Below are positions 18,074 through 28,951 of a stretch of 39,670 bases of DNA, in pieces. How positions within the stretch are numbered: position 1 is the first letter of the stretch; each line of letters opens with the position of its first letter. The notes beneath the pieces were generated by a model, which was not told where the DNA came from, did not search any database, and was given only the letters and a program-made list of their open reading frames with translations. This DNA comes from a virus. Position numbers and translations under genes: made by a program. The stretch lies in UHGV virus genome UHGV-0120812; one strand, 5' to 3'.

Positions 18074-18397
18074 ATGAAGATGCCAGAAAAACATGACCTG
18101 TTAGCCGCCATTCTCGCGGCAAAGGAACAAGGCATCGGGGCAATCCTTGCGTTTGCAATGGCGTACCTTCGCGGCAGATATAATGGCGGTGCGTTTACAA
18201 AAACAGTAATCGACGCAACGATGTGCGCCATTATCGCCTGGTTCATTCGTGACCTTCTCGACTTCGCCGGACTAAGTAGCAATCTCGCTTATATAACGAG
18301 CGTGTTCATCGGCTACATCGGTACTGACTCGATTGGTTCGCTTATCAAACGCTTCGCTGCTAAAAAAGCCGGAGTAGAAGATGGTGGAAATCAATAA
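18074..18397 (+). CDS. S: Holin S (dual-start S107/S105 motif)
   Basis: 107 aa [41 protein letters not shown]..., matching lambda S. Confidence 0.95.
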   Translation: MKMPEKHDLLAAILAAKEQGIGAILAFAMAYLRGRYNGGAFTKTVIDATMCAIIAWFIRDLLDFAGLSSNLAYITSVFIGYIGTDSIGSLIKRFAAKKAGVEDGGNQ

Positions 18398-18857
18398 TCA
18401 ACGTAAGGCGTTCCTCGATATGCTGGCGTGGTCAGAGGGAACTGATAACGGACGACAGAAAACCAGAAATCATGGTTATGACGTCATTGTAGGAGGAGAG
18501 CTATTCACTGATTACTCCGATCACCCTCGCAAACTTGTCACGCTAAACCCAAAACTCAAATCAACAGCCGCCGGGCGTTACCAGCTTCTTTCCCGTTGGT
18601 GGGATGCCTATTGTAAGCAGCTTGGCCTGAAAGACTTCTCTCCGAAAAGCCAGGACGCTGTGGCACTGCAACAGATTAAAGAACGTGGCGCTTTACCGAT
18701 GATTGATCGCGGTGATATTCGTCAGGCAATTGACCGTTGCAGCAATATCTGGGCTTCACTTCCGGGCGCTGGTTATGGTCAGTTCGAGCATAAGGCTGAT
18801 AGCCTGATTGCAAAATTCAAAGAAGCGGGCGGAACGGTCAGAGAGATTGAGGTATGA
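18381..18857 (+). CDS. R: Endolysin R (lytic transglycosylase)
   Basis: 158 aa [42 protein letters not shown]..., matching lambda R. Confidence 0.95.
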   Translation: MVEINNQRKAFLDMLAWSEGTDNGRQKTRNHGYDVIVGGELFTDYSDHPRKLVTLNPKLKSTAAGRYQLLSRWWDAYCKQLGLKDFSPKSQDAVALQQIKERGALPMIDRGDIRQAIDRCSNIWASLPGAGYGQFEHKADSLIAKFKEAGGTVREIEV

Positions 18858-19291
18858 GCAGAGTCACCGCGATTATCTCCGCTCTGGTTATCTGCATCAT
18901 CGTCTGCCTGTTATGGTCTGTTAATCATTACCGTGATAACGCCATCGCCTACAAAGAGCAGCGAGATAAAGCCACATCCACAATCGCTGACATGCAGAAG
19001 CGTCAACGTGATGTAGCAGAACTCGACGCCAGATACACAAAGGAGCTTGCTGATGCTAACGCGACTATCGAAAGTCTCCGTGCTGATGTTTCTGCTGGTC
19101 GTAAGCGCCTGCAAGTCTCCGCCACCTGTGCAAAGTCAACGACCGGAGCCAGCAGCATGGGCGATGGAGAAATCCCAAGACTTACAGCAGATGCTGAACT
19201 CAATTATTACCGTCTCCGAAGTGGAATCGACAGGATAACCGCGCAGGTTAACTACTTGCAGGAGTACATCAGGACGCAATGCCTTCGATGA
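18854..19291 (+). CDS. Rz: Spanin inner-membrane subunit Rz
   Basis: 145 aa [31 protein letters not shown]...; N-terminal TM plus coiled coil; lambda Rz-like with a divergent C-terminal half. Confidence 0.9.
   Translation: MSRVTAIISALVICIIVCLLWSVNHYRDNAIAYKEQRDKATSTIADMQKRQRDVAELDARYTKELADANATIESLRADVSAGRKRLQVSATCAKSTTGASSMGDGEIPRLTADAELNYYRLRSGIDRITAQVNYLQEYIRTQCLR
19047..19238 (+). CDS. Rz1: Spanin outer-membrane lipoprotein Rz1 (embedded in Rz, +1 frame)
   Basis: 63 aa [30 protein letters not shown]...: signal peptide, lipobox VSAC and proline-rich segment, wholly inside Rz. Confidence 0.75.
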   Translation: MLMLTRLSKVSVLMFLLVVSACKSPPPVQSQRPEPAAWAMEKSQDLQQMLNSIITVSEVESTG

Positions 19292-19669
19292 TAGCGATAA
19301 TTTTACTCATCATCCTTCACATCTGGCTCTGTAGACAGGGTGGTGATCACTTCTGGAGTGAATCCAGATTAAACATCTCATTGCTGATGCTTGAAGTTGA
19401 GCATCTGGCGCGCGGTAAGGGGCTGCGTTGAGATAAGAGCCAGTTCATTACAAAGCCTATCTACGGGTGGGCTTGATAATGAAACCGGAATTTATTCTGG
19501 GCAACCAGTTACGGCAGTACCGCGAAACAACCCAAGCCAGTAAGTGGGGAAATAACACTGGCAGCCACTGAAAGATGAACCTCCTGCCTGATGGCAAAAA
19601 AGATTCTTTGTGGTGGCGGACTGATGGAAAGACATCCTAATCAAGCAACCACTCCACAGGGTCATAATT

Positions 19670-20050
19670 ATGAACGACCAGCAAATCGAAAAAGAAATCG
19701 TTGAGAAAGGCAAAACGGCACCGCGAATCACTCCGCAGCACATCGAAGACGTGATTAAAAGCGAGCATTACTTTACTGCTTATGATGGACGTAATGGTGC
19801 CATTTCCAGCAACGAATATTGTGGCAGGGAAAAACCAGAAGAAGGCGATCGTGATTTATCACCATTGAAGTTGCTCACTTTCTGCGTACTGGTGCTGAAG
19901 AATGGCTTCACCGTCACCGGAGAGAGTGCCTGTGCAAGCACGGAAAACTTTGATGCAGAAATTGGTCGGAAGATTGCCCGGCAAAATGCTGTAAACAAAA
20001 TCTGGATGCTCGAAGGTTACTTGCTGAAGCAGAAGCTAAGCGAACAGTAG
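19670..20050 (+). CDS. Hypothetical conserved phage protein
   Basis: 126 aa ORF between the lysis cassette and the terminase genes; no function recognised. Confidence 0.55.
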   Translation: MNDQQIEKEIVEKGKTAPRITPQHIEDVIKSEHYFTAYDGRNGAISSNEYCGREKPEEGDRDLSPLKLLTFCVLVLKNGFTVTGESACASTENFDAEIGRKIARQNAVNKIWMLEGYLLKQKLSEQ

Positions 20051-20153
20051 TTATTACAAAAGCCATTCCCTACAGAGTGGCTTTGATAATGGCTTATACC
20101 CTACACGGGATAACTTAACTGATATCCCTTTTAACGGATAAACGGAGCCAACA

Positions 20154-20396
20154 ATGGCAGAGATTATTCCCATGACTGAAGAACAGAAATTCCAGTTAGA
20201 GATTTACAAACTGGTCATGAACCAGAACGCAGCCGCAGAGGAAGCATTTCAGTTCATTGGCACTGACGAACTGAAGCTTGAGCTATTCAAAATTCACTTC
20301 CAGTCAGGCGGCGCTAATTCGGATATCACGATCCGCACATTCGAAGCGGTGCGTAAATCTAAGGAAGCGTTAGACCTGTTCACTACCGGAGCATGA
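20154..20396 (+). CDS. Hypothetical protein
   Basis: 80 aa ORF directly upstream of the small terminase gene. Confidence 0.5.
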   Translation: MAEIIPMTEEQKFQLEIYKLVMNQNAAAEEAFQFIGTDELKLELFKIHFQSGGANSDITIRTFEAVRKSKEALDLFTTGA

Positions 20397-20431
20397 TGCT
20401 CAACCTGAAATAACAACTAAGTGAGATGAAT

Positions 20432-20920
20432 ATGGCAGCACCAAAGGGCAACCGATTTTGGGAGGCCCGCAGTAGTCATGGGCGAAACCCTAAATTCGAA
20501 TCGCCTGAGGCGCTGTGGGCTGCTTGTTGTGAATACTTCGAGTGGGCTGATGATAACCCGCTATGGGAGGGTAAGGTATTTTCATATCAGGGAGAAATAA
20601 TTAAGGCTAATGTCCCTAAGATGCGAGCCATGACTATTTCAGGATTGTGTACCTTCCTTGATATCACCAGGCAAACATGGGGGACCTTCCGGTCAATGGA
20701 AGGTTTTTCTGACGTCACATCACGAGCGGAAGACATCATCTACGACCAGAAATTCTCTGGCGCAGCCGCTGACCTTCTCAACGCTAACATCATCGCCCGT
20801 GATTTGGGCCTCAAAGAGCAGTCGCAAGTTGAAGACGTGACACCTGATAAGGGAGATCGCGATAAGCGACGCTCTCGTATCAAGGAGCTATTCAACCGTG
20901 GAACTGGACGCGATTCTTGA
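20432..20920 (+). CDS. Terminase small subunit (P22 gp3-like)
   Basis: [40 protein letters not shown]... and C-terminal [24 protein letters not shown] match P22 gp3 as recalled; start taken at the third Met. Confidence 0.9.
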   Translation: MAAPKGNRFWEARSSHGRNPKFESPEALWAACCEYFEWADDNPLWEGKVFSYQGEIIKANVPKMRAMTISGLCTFLDITRQTWGTFRSMEGFSDVTSRAEDIIYDQKFSGAAADLLNANIIARDLGLKEQSQVEDVTPDKGDRDKRRSRIKELFNRGTGRDS

Positions 20921-22394
20921 TAACCTGAGCGACGAAGAGCAAATCGAATTGCTCGAGCTACTCGAAGAAGAAGAGAACTACCGTAACACACACCTGCTAT
21001 ATGAATTTACGCCATACAGCAAACAGCGTGAGTTCATCGACGCCGGGCATGACTATCCAGAGCGATGTTTTATGGCTGGTAACCAGCTTGGTAAGTCATT
21101 TACTGGTGCTGCTGAAGTCGCGTTTCACCTTACAGGGCGTTATCCGGGCACAAAAGGCTATCCTGCTGATGGTAAATATGGCGGTGAGTGGAAAGGTAAG
21201 CGTTTCTATGAGCCTGTTGTCTTCTGGATTGGCGGCGAGACAAACGAGACGGTAACCAAAACGACTCAACGCATCCTGTGCGGTCGTATTGAAGAGAATG
21301 ATGAACCGGGCTACGGTTCAATACCGAAAGAGGACATCATTAGCTGGAAGAAGTCTCCTTTCTTTCCGAACCTTGTTGATCATCTTCTGGTTAAGCATCA
21401 CACGGCTGATGGCGTTGAAGATGGCATTTCAATCTGCTACTTCAAGCCATACTCGCAAGGCCGTGCTCGCTGGCAGGGTGACACAATCCACGGCGTGTGG
21501 TTTGACGAAGAGCCACCATACAGCATTTATGGCGAAGGTCTTACCCGTACCAACAAATACGGGCAATTCTCAATTCTGACGTTTACCCCGCTGATGGGGA
21601 TGTCTGACGTTGTTACCAAGTTCCTGAAGAATCCAAGCAAGTCGCAGAAAGTGGTCAACATGACCATCTACGACGCTGAGCACTACACAGACGAACAGAA
21701 AGAGCAAATCATCGCATCCTATCCTGAGCATGAGAGAGAGGCGCGTGCTCGCGGTATTCCTACGATGGGTAGTGGTCGAATCTTCCAGATACCGGAAGAG
21801 ACGATTAAGTGTCAGCCGTTCGAGTGTCCTGATCACTTCTACGTCATCAATGCAATGGACTTCGGATGGGATCACCCACAGGCACACATCCAGCTTTGGT
21901 GGGATAAAGACGAGGACGTGATTTATCTTTCTCGCGTCTGGAAGGCCAAACAGAAGAAGGCGACAGAGGCATGGGGTGCTGTTAAAGCATGGAGCAAAAA
22001 CACCCCTACGGCTTGGCCTCATGACGGGCATCAGCACGAAAAGGGAGGTGGCGCTCAGCTCAAGGAACAATACGCCGACGCTGGGTTCGACATGTTGCCA
22101 GATCATGCAACATGGCCTGATGGAGGTAATGCGGTCGAACCCGGGATAGCAGAGATACGCGACATGATGCTCGACGGTCGTTTCAAGGTATTTAACACCT
22201 GCGAGCCATTCTTTGAAGAGTTTCGCCTGTATCACCGCGATGAGAACGGGAAGATCGTCAAGCTAAATGACGACATCCTTTCTGCTGTTCGCTATGGCTA
22301 CATGATGAGGCGTTTTGCAATACAGATGCGAGACATCAAAGATCCTAAAGAGATTGATTACTCAAGCTACAACATACCTTGCGGAGTTGGATGA
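20898..22394 (+). CDS. Terminase large subunit (P22 gp2-like)
   Basis: 498 aa [30 protein letters not shown]...; P22 gp2-like; overlaps the terS 3' end. Confidence 0.92.
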   Translation: MELDAILDNLSDEEQIELLELLEEEENYRNTHLLYEFTPYSKQREFIDAGHDYPERCFMAGNQLGKSFTGAAEVAFHLTGRYPGTKGYPADGKYGGEWKGKRFYEPVVFWIGGETNETVTKTTQRILCGRIEENDEPGYGSIPKEDIISWKKSPFFPNLVDHLLVKHHTADGVEDGISICYFKPYSQGRARWQGDTIHGVWFDEEPPYSIYGEGLTRTNKYGQFSILTFTPLMGMSDVVTKFLKNPSKSQKVVNMTIYDAEHYTDEQKEQIIASYPEHEREARARGIPTMGSGRIFQIPEETIKCQPFECPDHFYVINAMDFGWDHPQAHIQLWWDKDEDVIYLSRVWKAKQKKATEAWGAVKAWSKNTPTAWPHDGHQHEKGGGAQLKEQYADAGFDMLPDHATWPDGGNAVEPGIAEIRDMMLDGRFKVFNTCEPFFEEFRLYHRDENGKIVKLNDDILSAVRYGYMMRRFAIQMRDIKDPKEIDYSSYNIPCGVG

Positions 22395-24595
22395 TGGCTG
22401 ATGATAGAAAGATGACTGACTGGCATCGCAAGGTGCTGTGCAACTTTGATAATGCCTGGTCAGCAACGCAGGATATGCGTGAGCAGATTATTGAGGCTCA
22501 ACGTTTCGTCCGGGTATCCGGCGCACAGTGGGAAGGCAGCACAAACGCTGGTTACTCATTTGATGAAGGCAGGTTTGAGCATTATCCGCGTTTTGAACTG
22601 AATAAGATTGCCCGTGAATGTGATCGCATCATTGGCGAGTATCGACAGAATCGCATCAGCGTTAAATTCAGGCCGAAGGATGACAAGGCATCGGAAGCGT
22701 TAGCCGAAAAGATGAACGGCAAATTCCGCGCTGACTATCAGGAAACATCCGGTGGCGAAGCGTGTGATAACGCATTTGATGATGCTGTAACGGGCGGATT
22801 CGGTTGTTTCCGCATGTGTGCCGATTACGAAGATGAAATGGATCCGAGTAACGAGCAACGCCGTATAAGCCTTCTCCCGGTTTACGACCCAGCGACATGC
22901 GTCTTCTTCGATCAGGACAGCAAGCAATATGACCGCTCTGATGCTATGTGGGCTATGGAAATGTTCTCCATGACGCCTAAAGCGTTCGAGGCTGAATACC
23001 CTGATTCCATCGCGGCAAGTCTTTCTCGTGATGACACTGGCACTCAATATGACTGGTCAACTCCTGATGCTATCTATGTTGGTCGCTACTACGAAGTTCG
23101 CATAGAGAAGGTGAAGCTCACAGCATGGCGTAACCCTGTTAGCGGAGAAACGGCAATCTATGATGAAGAGCAAATCAAAGATATTGTCGACGAGCTGACC
23201 GATGGTGCATTCGAACTGATTGGTGAGCGGACAGTGAAGAAACGCCGAGTTTATTGCGGTCTTCTGTCTGGCGCTGAATGGCTGGAAGAACCGAAGCGTA
23301 TTCCGGGCGAACATATTCCTCTCATCCCGGTATATGGGCGTCGTTCATTTGTTGATAATCAGGAGCGAATCGAAGGCCACGCAGCAAAAGCGATGGATGC
23401 ACAGCGTCTTGAGAACCTGATGGTTTCCATGATTGCAGATAACGCTACTCAGGCTGGCGGTGATGGCATTCCTGTAGTTGATGTTGACATGATTCCTGGT
23501 CCTCTCGCCACTCATTGGGCGGAGCGCAACAAAAAGCGCCCGGCGTTCCTGCCGATGGTCAGTCTGAAAAACAAAAACGGAGATATTACTGCGCAGGCTC
23601 AGGTCAGCAGTTATACGCCTCCGACACAAATGCCTCCAGCTCTTGCCGGGCTATTGCAGTACACCGGAACGGCTATTCAGCAAATTACAGGTGCGTCGCA
23701 GCTTGAGAACATGCCGAGCAACGTCGCCACCGATACCGTTGATAGCATCTTTAACCGGATGGACACGCAGTCCTATATCTACATGGACAACATGGCTAAA
23801 TCCATGCGCCGCGCTGGCGTCGTGTGGCTTTCTATGGCGCGTGAGGTCTATGGCAGCGATACGCCAATGCGCATCGTTAACGAGGACGGCAGCGATGACG
23901 TGGCGCTGATGACTGGTGAAGTGGTTGACCGTCAGACAGGGCAGGTTATCGCGCTTAACGACCTTTCGCAGGGAAACTATGAAGTGACTGTCGATGTCGG
24001 TCAGTCGTTCGCTACTCGCCGTGATGCAACGGTTAAGTCGTTACTTTCCATGCTGGCACTTATCCCACCAGGAACGCCGAAGCACGACCTTGTATCGTCG
24101 ATGATTCTCGACAATATGGACGGCGAAGGGATGGACGACCTTAAAGAATACAACCGCAATCAGTTGCTTCTGTCTGGGGTTATCAAGCCGAGAACACCAG
24201 AAGAACAGCAGATGGTTGAGCAGGCGAAACAACAACAGGCCAGTCAGCCGGATCCGGCTATGGTTGCTGCGCAAGGTCAGCTTCTTGCTGGTCAGGCTGA
24301 ATTGCAGAAAGCGCAGAACGAACAAGCAGCCATTCAGGTTAAAGCATTCCAGGCACAGACGGATGCTCAGGTTGCTGCGGCAAATGTTGTGAAAATCCTC
24401 GCATCTGCCGATAGCCAGCAAAAATCTGATATCCGTGAGGCGCTGAAACTGCTCGGACAGTTCCAGCAACAGCAAGGAGACAATGCCCGTGCTGATGCAG
24501 AGCTTGTCCTTAAGAGTCAGGCGCAGGGCCATGCGCAGCGCATGGACATCAACAGCATCCTGCAAAAATCAACCCGGCAACAACCACAGCAGTAA
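22391..24595 (+). CDS. Portal protein (P22 gp1-like)
   Basis: About 734 aa; GEHIPLIPVYG and the Q-rich C-terminal barrel region resemble P22/Sf6 portal; start overlaps the terL stop (ATGA). Confidence 0.88.
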   Translation: MMADDRKMTDWHRKVLCNFDNAWSATQDMREQIIEAQRFVRVSGAQWEGSTNAGYSFDEGRFEHYPRFELNKIARECDRIIGEYRQNRISVKFRPKDDKASEALAEKMNGKFRADYQETSGGEACDNAFDDAVTGGFGCFRMCADYEDEMDPSNEQRRISLLPVYDPATCVFFDQDSKQYDRSDAMWAMEMFSMTPKAFEAEYPDSIAASLSRDDTGTQYDWSTPDAIYVGRYYEVRIEKVKLTAWRNPVSGETAIYDEEQIKDIVDELTDGAFELIGERTVKKRRVYCGLLSGAEWLEEPKRIPGEHIPLIPVYGRRSFVDNQERIEGHAAKAMDAQRLENLMVSMIADNATQAGGDGIPVVDVDMIPGPLATHWAERNKKRPAFLPMVSLKNKNGDITAQAQVSSYTPPTQMPPALAGLLQYTGTAIQQITGASQLENMPSNVATDTVDSIFNRMDTQSYIYMDNMAKSMRRAGVVWLSMAREVYGSDTPMRIVNEDGSDDVALMTGEVVDRQTGQVIALNDLSQGNYEVTVDVGQSFATRRDATVKSLLSMLALIPPGTPKHDLVSSMILDNMDGEGMDDLKEYNRNQLLLSGVIKPRTPEEQQMVEQAKQQQASQPDPAMVAAQGQLLAGQAELQKAQNEQAAIQVKAFQAQTDAQVAAANVVKILASADSQQKSDIREALKLLGQFQQQQGDNARADAELVLKSQAQGHAQRMDINSILQKSTRQQPQQ

Positions 24596-24685
24596 TTAAC
24601 CCATAACGTGCAATGGCTGTCTTTATGAGGCCTGGCACCCTATTGCCTTCCGATGGGCTGAACATCGAGTAAACAGGGGTAACAA

Positions 24686-25579
24686 ATGGACCAGATGGCA
24701 GAAAACACACCAGAAGTTGAAATCGAAACCGATGCGTCAGAGCAGATTCCTGATGATGTCGAACTGGCTGAAGAAGTCGAAACAGAAGATGGTAGTGAGT
24801 CCTCCGGCAATGATGCAAAGGAAGCTACTGAAACTGATGACGACGAATCAGAACAGGAATTCTACTTTGGTGACGAAAAGCTGGATTCGCCAACCAGCGA
24901 AGATGGCGCAGAGCATGGACTGGTAAAGCACCTGCGCAAGACGATTAAAGAGAAAGACCGCGAGCTGAAAGAGATGATGCGTCAGTCTCAGAAACCCGTC
25001 GAGCAGCAGCCGGTAATCACTCAACCACCGCGAATGCCAAAACTGGATGATGAGGACATCGGTTTCGATGAAGAAATCTACCAGCAACGCATGACTAAGT
25101 GGGCAGAGGATAACGGCAAGTACCAGCAACAGGAGATGGCTCGCAAGCAGAAGGAACAGGAGCTTCATGCTGCCTATCAAGAGCGATTATCCAAATATCA
25201 ACAACGTGTTAAGGCTCTCAAGGTCCCTGGCTATCAGGAAGCAGAACAGGCCGTACTCGAGGAAATCCCCATCGAGACACAAAACGCGATCCTGTTTGAG
25301 TCAGAGAAGCCGGAAATCGTTGTTCTGGCACTCGGTCGCAACGCTGAACTGCGCAAGCAACTGGCAGAAGCTACCAACCCCGTAGCAATTGGTCGTCTGC
25401 TGGAACGTATCGAATCGAAGGCCAGAATCATGCCAAAAGCAAAAACCACGGCAGCCACAACCCCGACAGTTAAGGGGAGCAACGGCGCAGTAATCAACAA
25501 CCTCGACAAATTGAAAGCCAAGGCGCTGGAAACTGGTGACTGGACGCCGTATTTCGCCGCTAAAAAGGCAAAAAAATAA
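24686..25579 (+). CDS. Scaffolding protein (by position and composition)
   Basis: 297 aa, acidic N-terminus, helical K/E-rich body and basic C-terminus; sits between portal and coat as in P22. Confidence 0.7.
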   Translation: MDQMAENTPEVEIETDASEQIPDDVELAEEVETEDGSESSGNDAKEATETDDDESEQEFYFGDEKLDSPTSEDGAEHGLVKHLRKTIKEKDRELKEMMRQSQKPVEQQPVITQPPRMPKLDDEDIGFDEEIYQQRMTKWAEDNGKYQQQEMARKQKEQELHAAYQERLSKYQQRVKALKVPGYQEAEQAVLEEIPIETQNAILFESEKPEIVVLALGRNAELRKQLAEATNPVAIGRLLERIESKARIMPKAKTTAATTPTVKGSNGAVINNLDKLKAKALETGDWTPYFAAKKAKK

Positions 25580-25597
25580 CCTATCGGAGCATTAAGC

Positions 25598-26851
25598 ATG
25601 GCTAACCAATTAGCAAAAGACCTTGAAATCATGTTCGAAAACTACGTTGAAGGCTTTGAGGCCGCCTGCGTAGTTTCCCGTAACGCTAAAAAATTCCGTC
25701 CCGGTGATACAGCAATGCAGCGAGCAGGTGATGTTCTGTATCGTCCGCAGCATTACCACATGAACATTGAGGAAGGCCTCGACCTCAGCAGCAAAACGCC
25801 AACAGCACTGGTTCAGCGCCTTGTTCCTTCTGTGTTCAAGGAGCCTAAAAACATTCTGTACACTCTGGATGCGCGTGAAATGCGTGACCCGGAACATAAA
25901 ACTGAAGCTGGTCGCGCCGCAGGTATGCGCCTTGCTGCACAGATTGACTCTGACCTGATTTCCATGGTCACGCAGCGTGCTACTAACGTGATCACAATGG
26001 CTGACTCAACCACTGGTTCACAGGGCCGTGATTTGTGGAACTGTGCGGCAGGTATTGATGCCACCATGACGGCGATTGGTGTACCGCAGGGTATCAACCG
26101 TCGCTCTTTCTGGAACCCCTTCAACTACAAAGATCTTGCTGGCGAGCTTGGTCACCGTGCCTATGCTCAGGGCGCAACCCTGACAGCATACGAAAAAGCG
26201 CAGATCCCTCCGGTTGCTTCCTTTGATAGCTACAAGACCGATATTTCTGGTCGTGTTCCGAAGGGTACAGCAACTTCCATTACGCTGGCAGCAGCACCTG
26301 CGCACAAGGTTGAAGCGAAAGATGCTAACGATATGCCAGTGGATAACCGACAGGGGACCATTACGGTATCTACTGAAGGTTTGCAGGTTGGCGATGCGTT
26401 TACCATCGCAGGGGTGAATTCTGTACACCAGATTACCAAAGATACCACCGGGCAGCCGCAGGTATTCCGCGTTCTGGCAGTAAGCGGAACGACAGTAACT
26501 ATCTCCCCGAAAATTCTGCCGCCTGACAACGCGGATGTCGCCAGCCGACCATATGCAAACGTTGATGCTAATGCGGCAAGTAGCGCAGCAATCACCATTC
26601 TCAACAAAAATGCCGCACCGGCTAACCTGTTCTGGGCTGATGGTTCTGTTGAACTGATGTACGGCAAGCTGGCGTTCCCAACTGGTCAGGGTCCACAGGT
26701 AATGACGGCAACCACCGAGCAGGGCGCTACGCTGATCATGTCTTACGCCTTCGACCACATCAAAGGCGTAACTACTGCTCGTTTCACCACTCTGTATGGT
26801 TGCTCTGTACTTGTTCCTGAATATACGGGCATCGTTATTGCCGGGCAGTAA
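25598..26851 (+). CDS. Major capsid (coat) protein, P22 gp5-type
   Basis: 417 aa; partial similarity to P22 coat (NLFWADGS vs NVFWADDA); AGGAG-like RBS; followed by a terminator hairpin. Confidence 0.88.
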   Translation: MANQLAKDLEIMFENYVEGFEAACVVSRNAKKFRPGDTAMQRAGDVLYRPQHYHMNIEEGLDLSSKTPTALVQRLVPSVFKEPKNILYTLDAREMRDPEHKTEAGRAAGMRLAAQIDSDLISMVTQRATNVITMADSTTGSQGRDLWNCAAGIDATMTAIGVPQGINRRSFWNPFNYKDLAGELGHRAYAQGATLTAYEKAQIPPVASFDSYKTDISGRVPKGTATSITLAAAPAHKVEAKDANDMPVDNRQGTITVSTEGLQVGDAFTIAGVNSVHQITKDTTGQPQVFRVLAVSGTTVTISPKILPPDNADVASRPYANVDANAASSAAITILNKNAAPANLFWADGSVELMYGKLAFPTGQGPQVMTATTEQGATLIMSYAFDHIKGVTTARFTTLYGCSVLVPEYTGIVIAGQ

Positions 26852-26858
26852 TTTTGGT

Positions 26859-26878
26859 GGGGCTTCGGCCCCATTTTT
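26859..26878 (+). terminator. Hairpin plus T-run downstream of the coat gene
   Basis: GGGGCTTCGGCCCC followed by ATTTTTATT. Confidence 0.6.
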
Positions 26879-26892
26879 ATTGGGAGAAGACA

Positions 26893-27081
26893 ATGGCACG
26901 AACAATGCTCTATAAGCCGGGCAACATGATCACCTGTGGTCAGTTTGCTGTCGATTACATCATTGTTGATGACGAAGAAGTTAAATCTCACCTGAAAAAA
27001 GGCTGGGTAAAAACTCCTGAAGAAACCGCAACGAAGCATAAAGTGGCTAAGGCGGAAGAAGATGGCGAAAACGAAGGGTGA
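26893..27081 (+). CDS. Hypothetical small protein after coat gene
   Basis: 62 aa MARTMLYKPGNMITCGQFAVDYIIVDDEE...; GGGAGAAG RBS; ORF-track start at 26854 would overlap the terminator. Confidence 0.55.
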   Translation: MARTMLYKPGNMITCGQFAVDYIIVDDEEVKSHLKKGWVKTPEETATKHKVAKAEEDGENEG

Positions 27082-27523
27082 TCTCGTTCTTAAGGCCTTA
27101 CGAAAAGCCGGGCTGTATTCCAATGCCACGTTGACAGATGCTGACCCTCAGGCAATTGAAGATGCCATTAATGACCTCGAAGACATGATGGCAGCATGGC
27201 AGGCTAAAGGTATCGAGCTTGGATATCAGTTTGCTGATACAGAAAACGGCATCATGCCGTTACCTGACGATGATTCAGGTATCCCTGCATGGGCAAATGA
27301 TGGCGTCGCCTTGAAACTCGCTGTGCAAGTGTGCATGGATAACGTCATTCAGCCGTCAGACGCTCTCCTTACCGCTGCTGACAGTGCATACCAGACAATT
27401 TGCATCGCTTTAACCAAAATACCACCACTTGAGCGGCGAAATGACATGCCTCGCGGTAGTGGTAACAAAAGCGCGTTTACGTGGAATCGGTTTTACATCG
27501 AGAAAGATGATCCGAGTACGTGA
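27062..27523 (+). CDS. Head completion / tail adaptor protein (P22 gp4-like)
   Basis: 153 aa; KGDLVLKALRKAGL...ATLTDADPQAIEDAINDLEDMMAAW resembles P22 gp4. Confidence 0.82.
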   Translation: MAKTKGDLVLKALRKAGLYSNATLTDADPQAIEDAINDLEDMMAAWQAKGIELGYQFADTENGIMPLPDDDSGIPAWANDGVALKLAVQVCMDNVIQPSDALLTAADSAYQTICIALTKIPPLERRNDMPRGSGNKSAFTWNRFYIEKDDPST

Positions 27524-27532
27524 GGTGAATAA

Positions 27533-28951
27533 ATGCCGATTCAGCAACTTCCGCTTATGAAAGGTGTCGGCAAAGACTTTCGAAACGCCGACTATATCGA
27601 CTATCTGCCAGTGAATATGCTGGCCACACCCAAAGAAATCCTGAACAGCAGCGGATATCTTCGCTCATTCCCGGGCATTGCCAAACGTTCTGATGTGAAC
27701 GGTGTATCTCGCGGCGTCGAGTACAACATGGCGCAGGGTGCTGTTTATCGCGTGTGTGGTGGCAAGCTGTACAAAGGAGAAAGTGAAGTCGGTGATGTTG
27801 CCGGAAGTGGTCGCGTATCAATGGCGCATGGTCGAACATCACAGGCGGTAGGCGTTAACGGGCAACTGGTCGAATACCGCTATGATGGCACGGTTAAAAC
27901 CGTCTCAAACTGGCCTGCAGACAGCGGGTTTACGCAGTATGAGTTAGGTTCGGTTCGTGATATTACGCGCTTACGTGGGCGTTATGCGTGGTCAAAAGAC
28001 GGTACTGATTCATGGTTTATCACTGACCTTGAAGACGAATCGCACCCTGACCGATACAGTGCACAATATCGGGCAGAATCACAGCCTGACGGCATCATCG
28101 GCATCGGCACATGGCGAGACTTCATCGTCTGCTTTGGTTCATCGACGATTGAATATTTCTCCCTGACTGGCGCAACCACTGTTGGTGCCGCTTTGTATGT
28201 CGCACAGCCATCGCTGATGGTGCAGAAAGGTATTGCCGGAACCTATTGCAAAACGCCATTCGCTGATTCCTATGCGTTCATCAGCAATCCGGCAACAGGT
28301 GCGCCGTCTGTATACATCATCGGCTCCGGTCAGGTGTCACCAATCTCCAGCGCGAGCATTGAGAAAATACTCCGCTCCTACACTGCTGATGAACTGGCTG
28401 ATGGCGTGATGGAATCGCTGCGATTTGATGCGCATGAGTTGCTGATTATCCACCTTCCGCGCCATGTTCTCGTGTACGACGCATCTTCAAGCGCTAATGG
28501 TCCGCAATGGTGTGTGCTGAAAACAGGCCTGTATGACGATGTGTACCGCGCTATCGACTTCATTTACGAAGGCAATCAGATAACGTGCGGAGATAAGCTG
28601 GAATCGGTTACCGGCAAATTGCAGTTCGATATCAGCAGCCAGTACGACAAGCAGCAGGAACACCTGCTGTTTACTCCGTTGTTCAAAGCGGATAACGCCA
28701 GATGCTTCGATCTGGAGGTGGAATCATCCACTGGCGTAGCTCAGTACGCCGATCGACTGTTCCTCTCTGCAACCACTGACGGAATCAATTACGGGCGTGA
28801 GCAGATGATTGAGCAGAATGAACCGTTCGTTTACGACAAACGCGTTTTGTGGAAGAAAGTAGGGCGCATCAGGAAAAACATTGGTTTCAAATTGCGCGTT
28901 ATCACGAAGTCACCTGTCACTCTGTCTGGCTGCCAGATAAGGATCGAGTAA
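27533..28951 (+). CDS. Tail accessory protein (P22 gp10-like)
   Basis: 472 aa, the same length as P22 gp10 and in the same position. Confidence 0.85.
   Translation: MPIQQLPLMKGVGKDFRNADYIDYLPVNMLATPKEILNSSGYLRSFPGIAKRSDVNGVSRGVEYNMAQGAVYRVCGGKLYKGESEVGDVAGSGRVSMAHGRTSQAVGVNGQLVEYRYDGTVKTVSNWPADSGFTQYELGSVRDITRLRGRYAWSKDGTDSWFITDLEDESHPDRYSAQYRAESQPDGIIGIGTWRDFIVCFGSSTIEYFSLTGATTVGAALYVAQPSLMVQKGIAGTYCKTPFADSYAFISNPATGAPSVYIIGSGQVSPISSASIEKILRSYTADELADGVMESLRFDAHELLIIHLPRHVLVYDASSSANGPQWCVLKTGLYDDVYRAIDFIYEGNQITCGDKLESVTGKLQFDISSQYDKQQEHLLFTPLFKADNARCFDLEVESSTGVAQYADRLFLSATTDGINYGREQMIEQNEPFVYDKRVLWKKVGRIRKNIGFKLRVITKSPVTLSGCQIRIE

Noticed and set aside
19470-20097. Shared motif TGGGCTTGATAATG / TGGCTTTGATAATG upstream of the two late-region hypothetical ORFs, as a possible common regulatory site.
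   Set aside because: Only two imperfect copies at different distances from the starts; likely coincidence without comparative support.
20432-20920. A P22-type pac site inside terS (GAAGACATCATCT near 20727).
   Set aside because: I cannot recall the P22 pac consensus reliably enough to call it; no cos-type cohesive end site is expected for this headful-packaging module.
21570-22235. Minus-strand 221-aa ORF inside the large terminase gene.
   Set aside because: Antisense to a confidently identified gene.
24041-24565. Minus-strand 174-aa ORF inside the portal gene.
   Set aside because: Antisense to a confidently identified gene; L/R-rich.
26018-26905. Minus-strand 295-aa ORF opposite the coat gene.
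   Set aside because: Cys/Arg-rich antisense translation of the coat gene.
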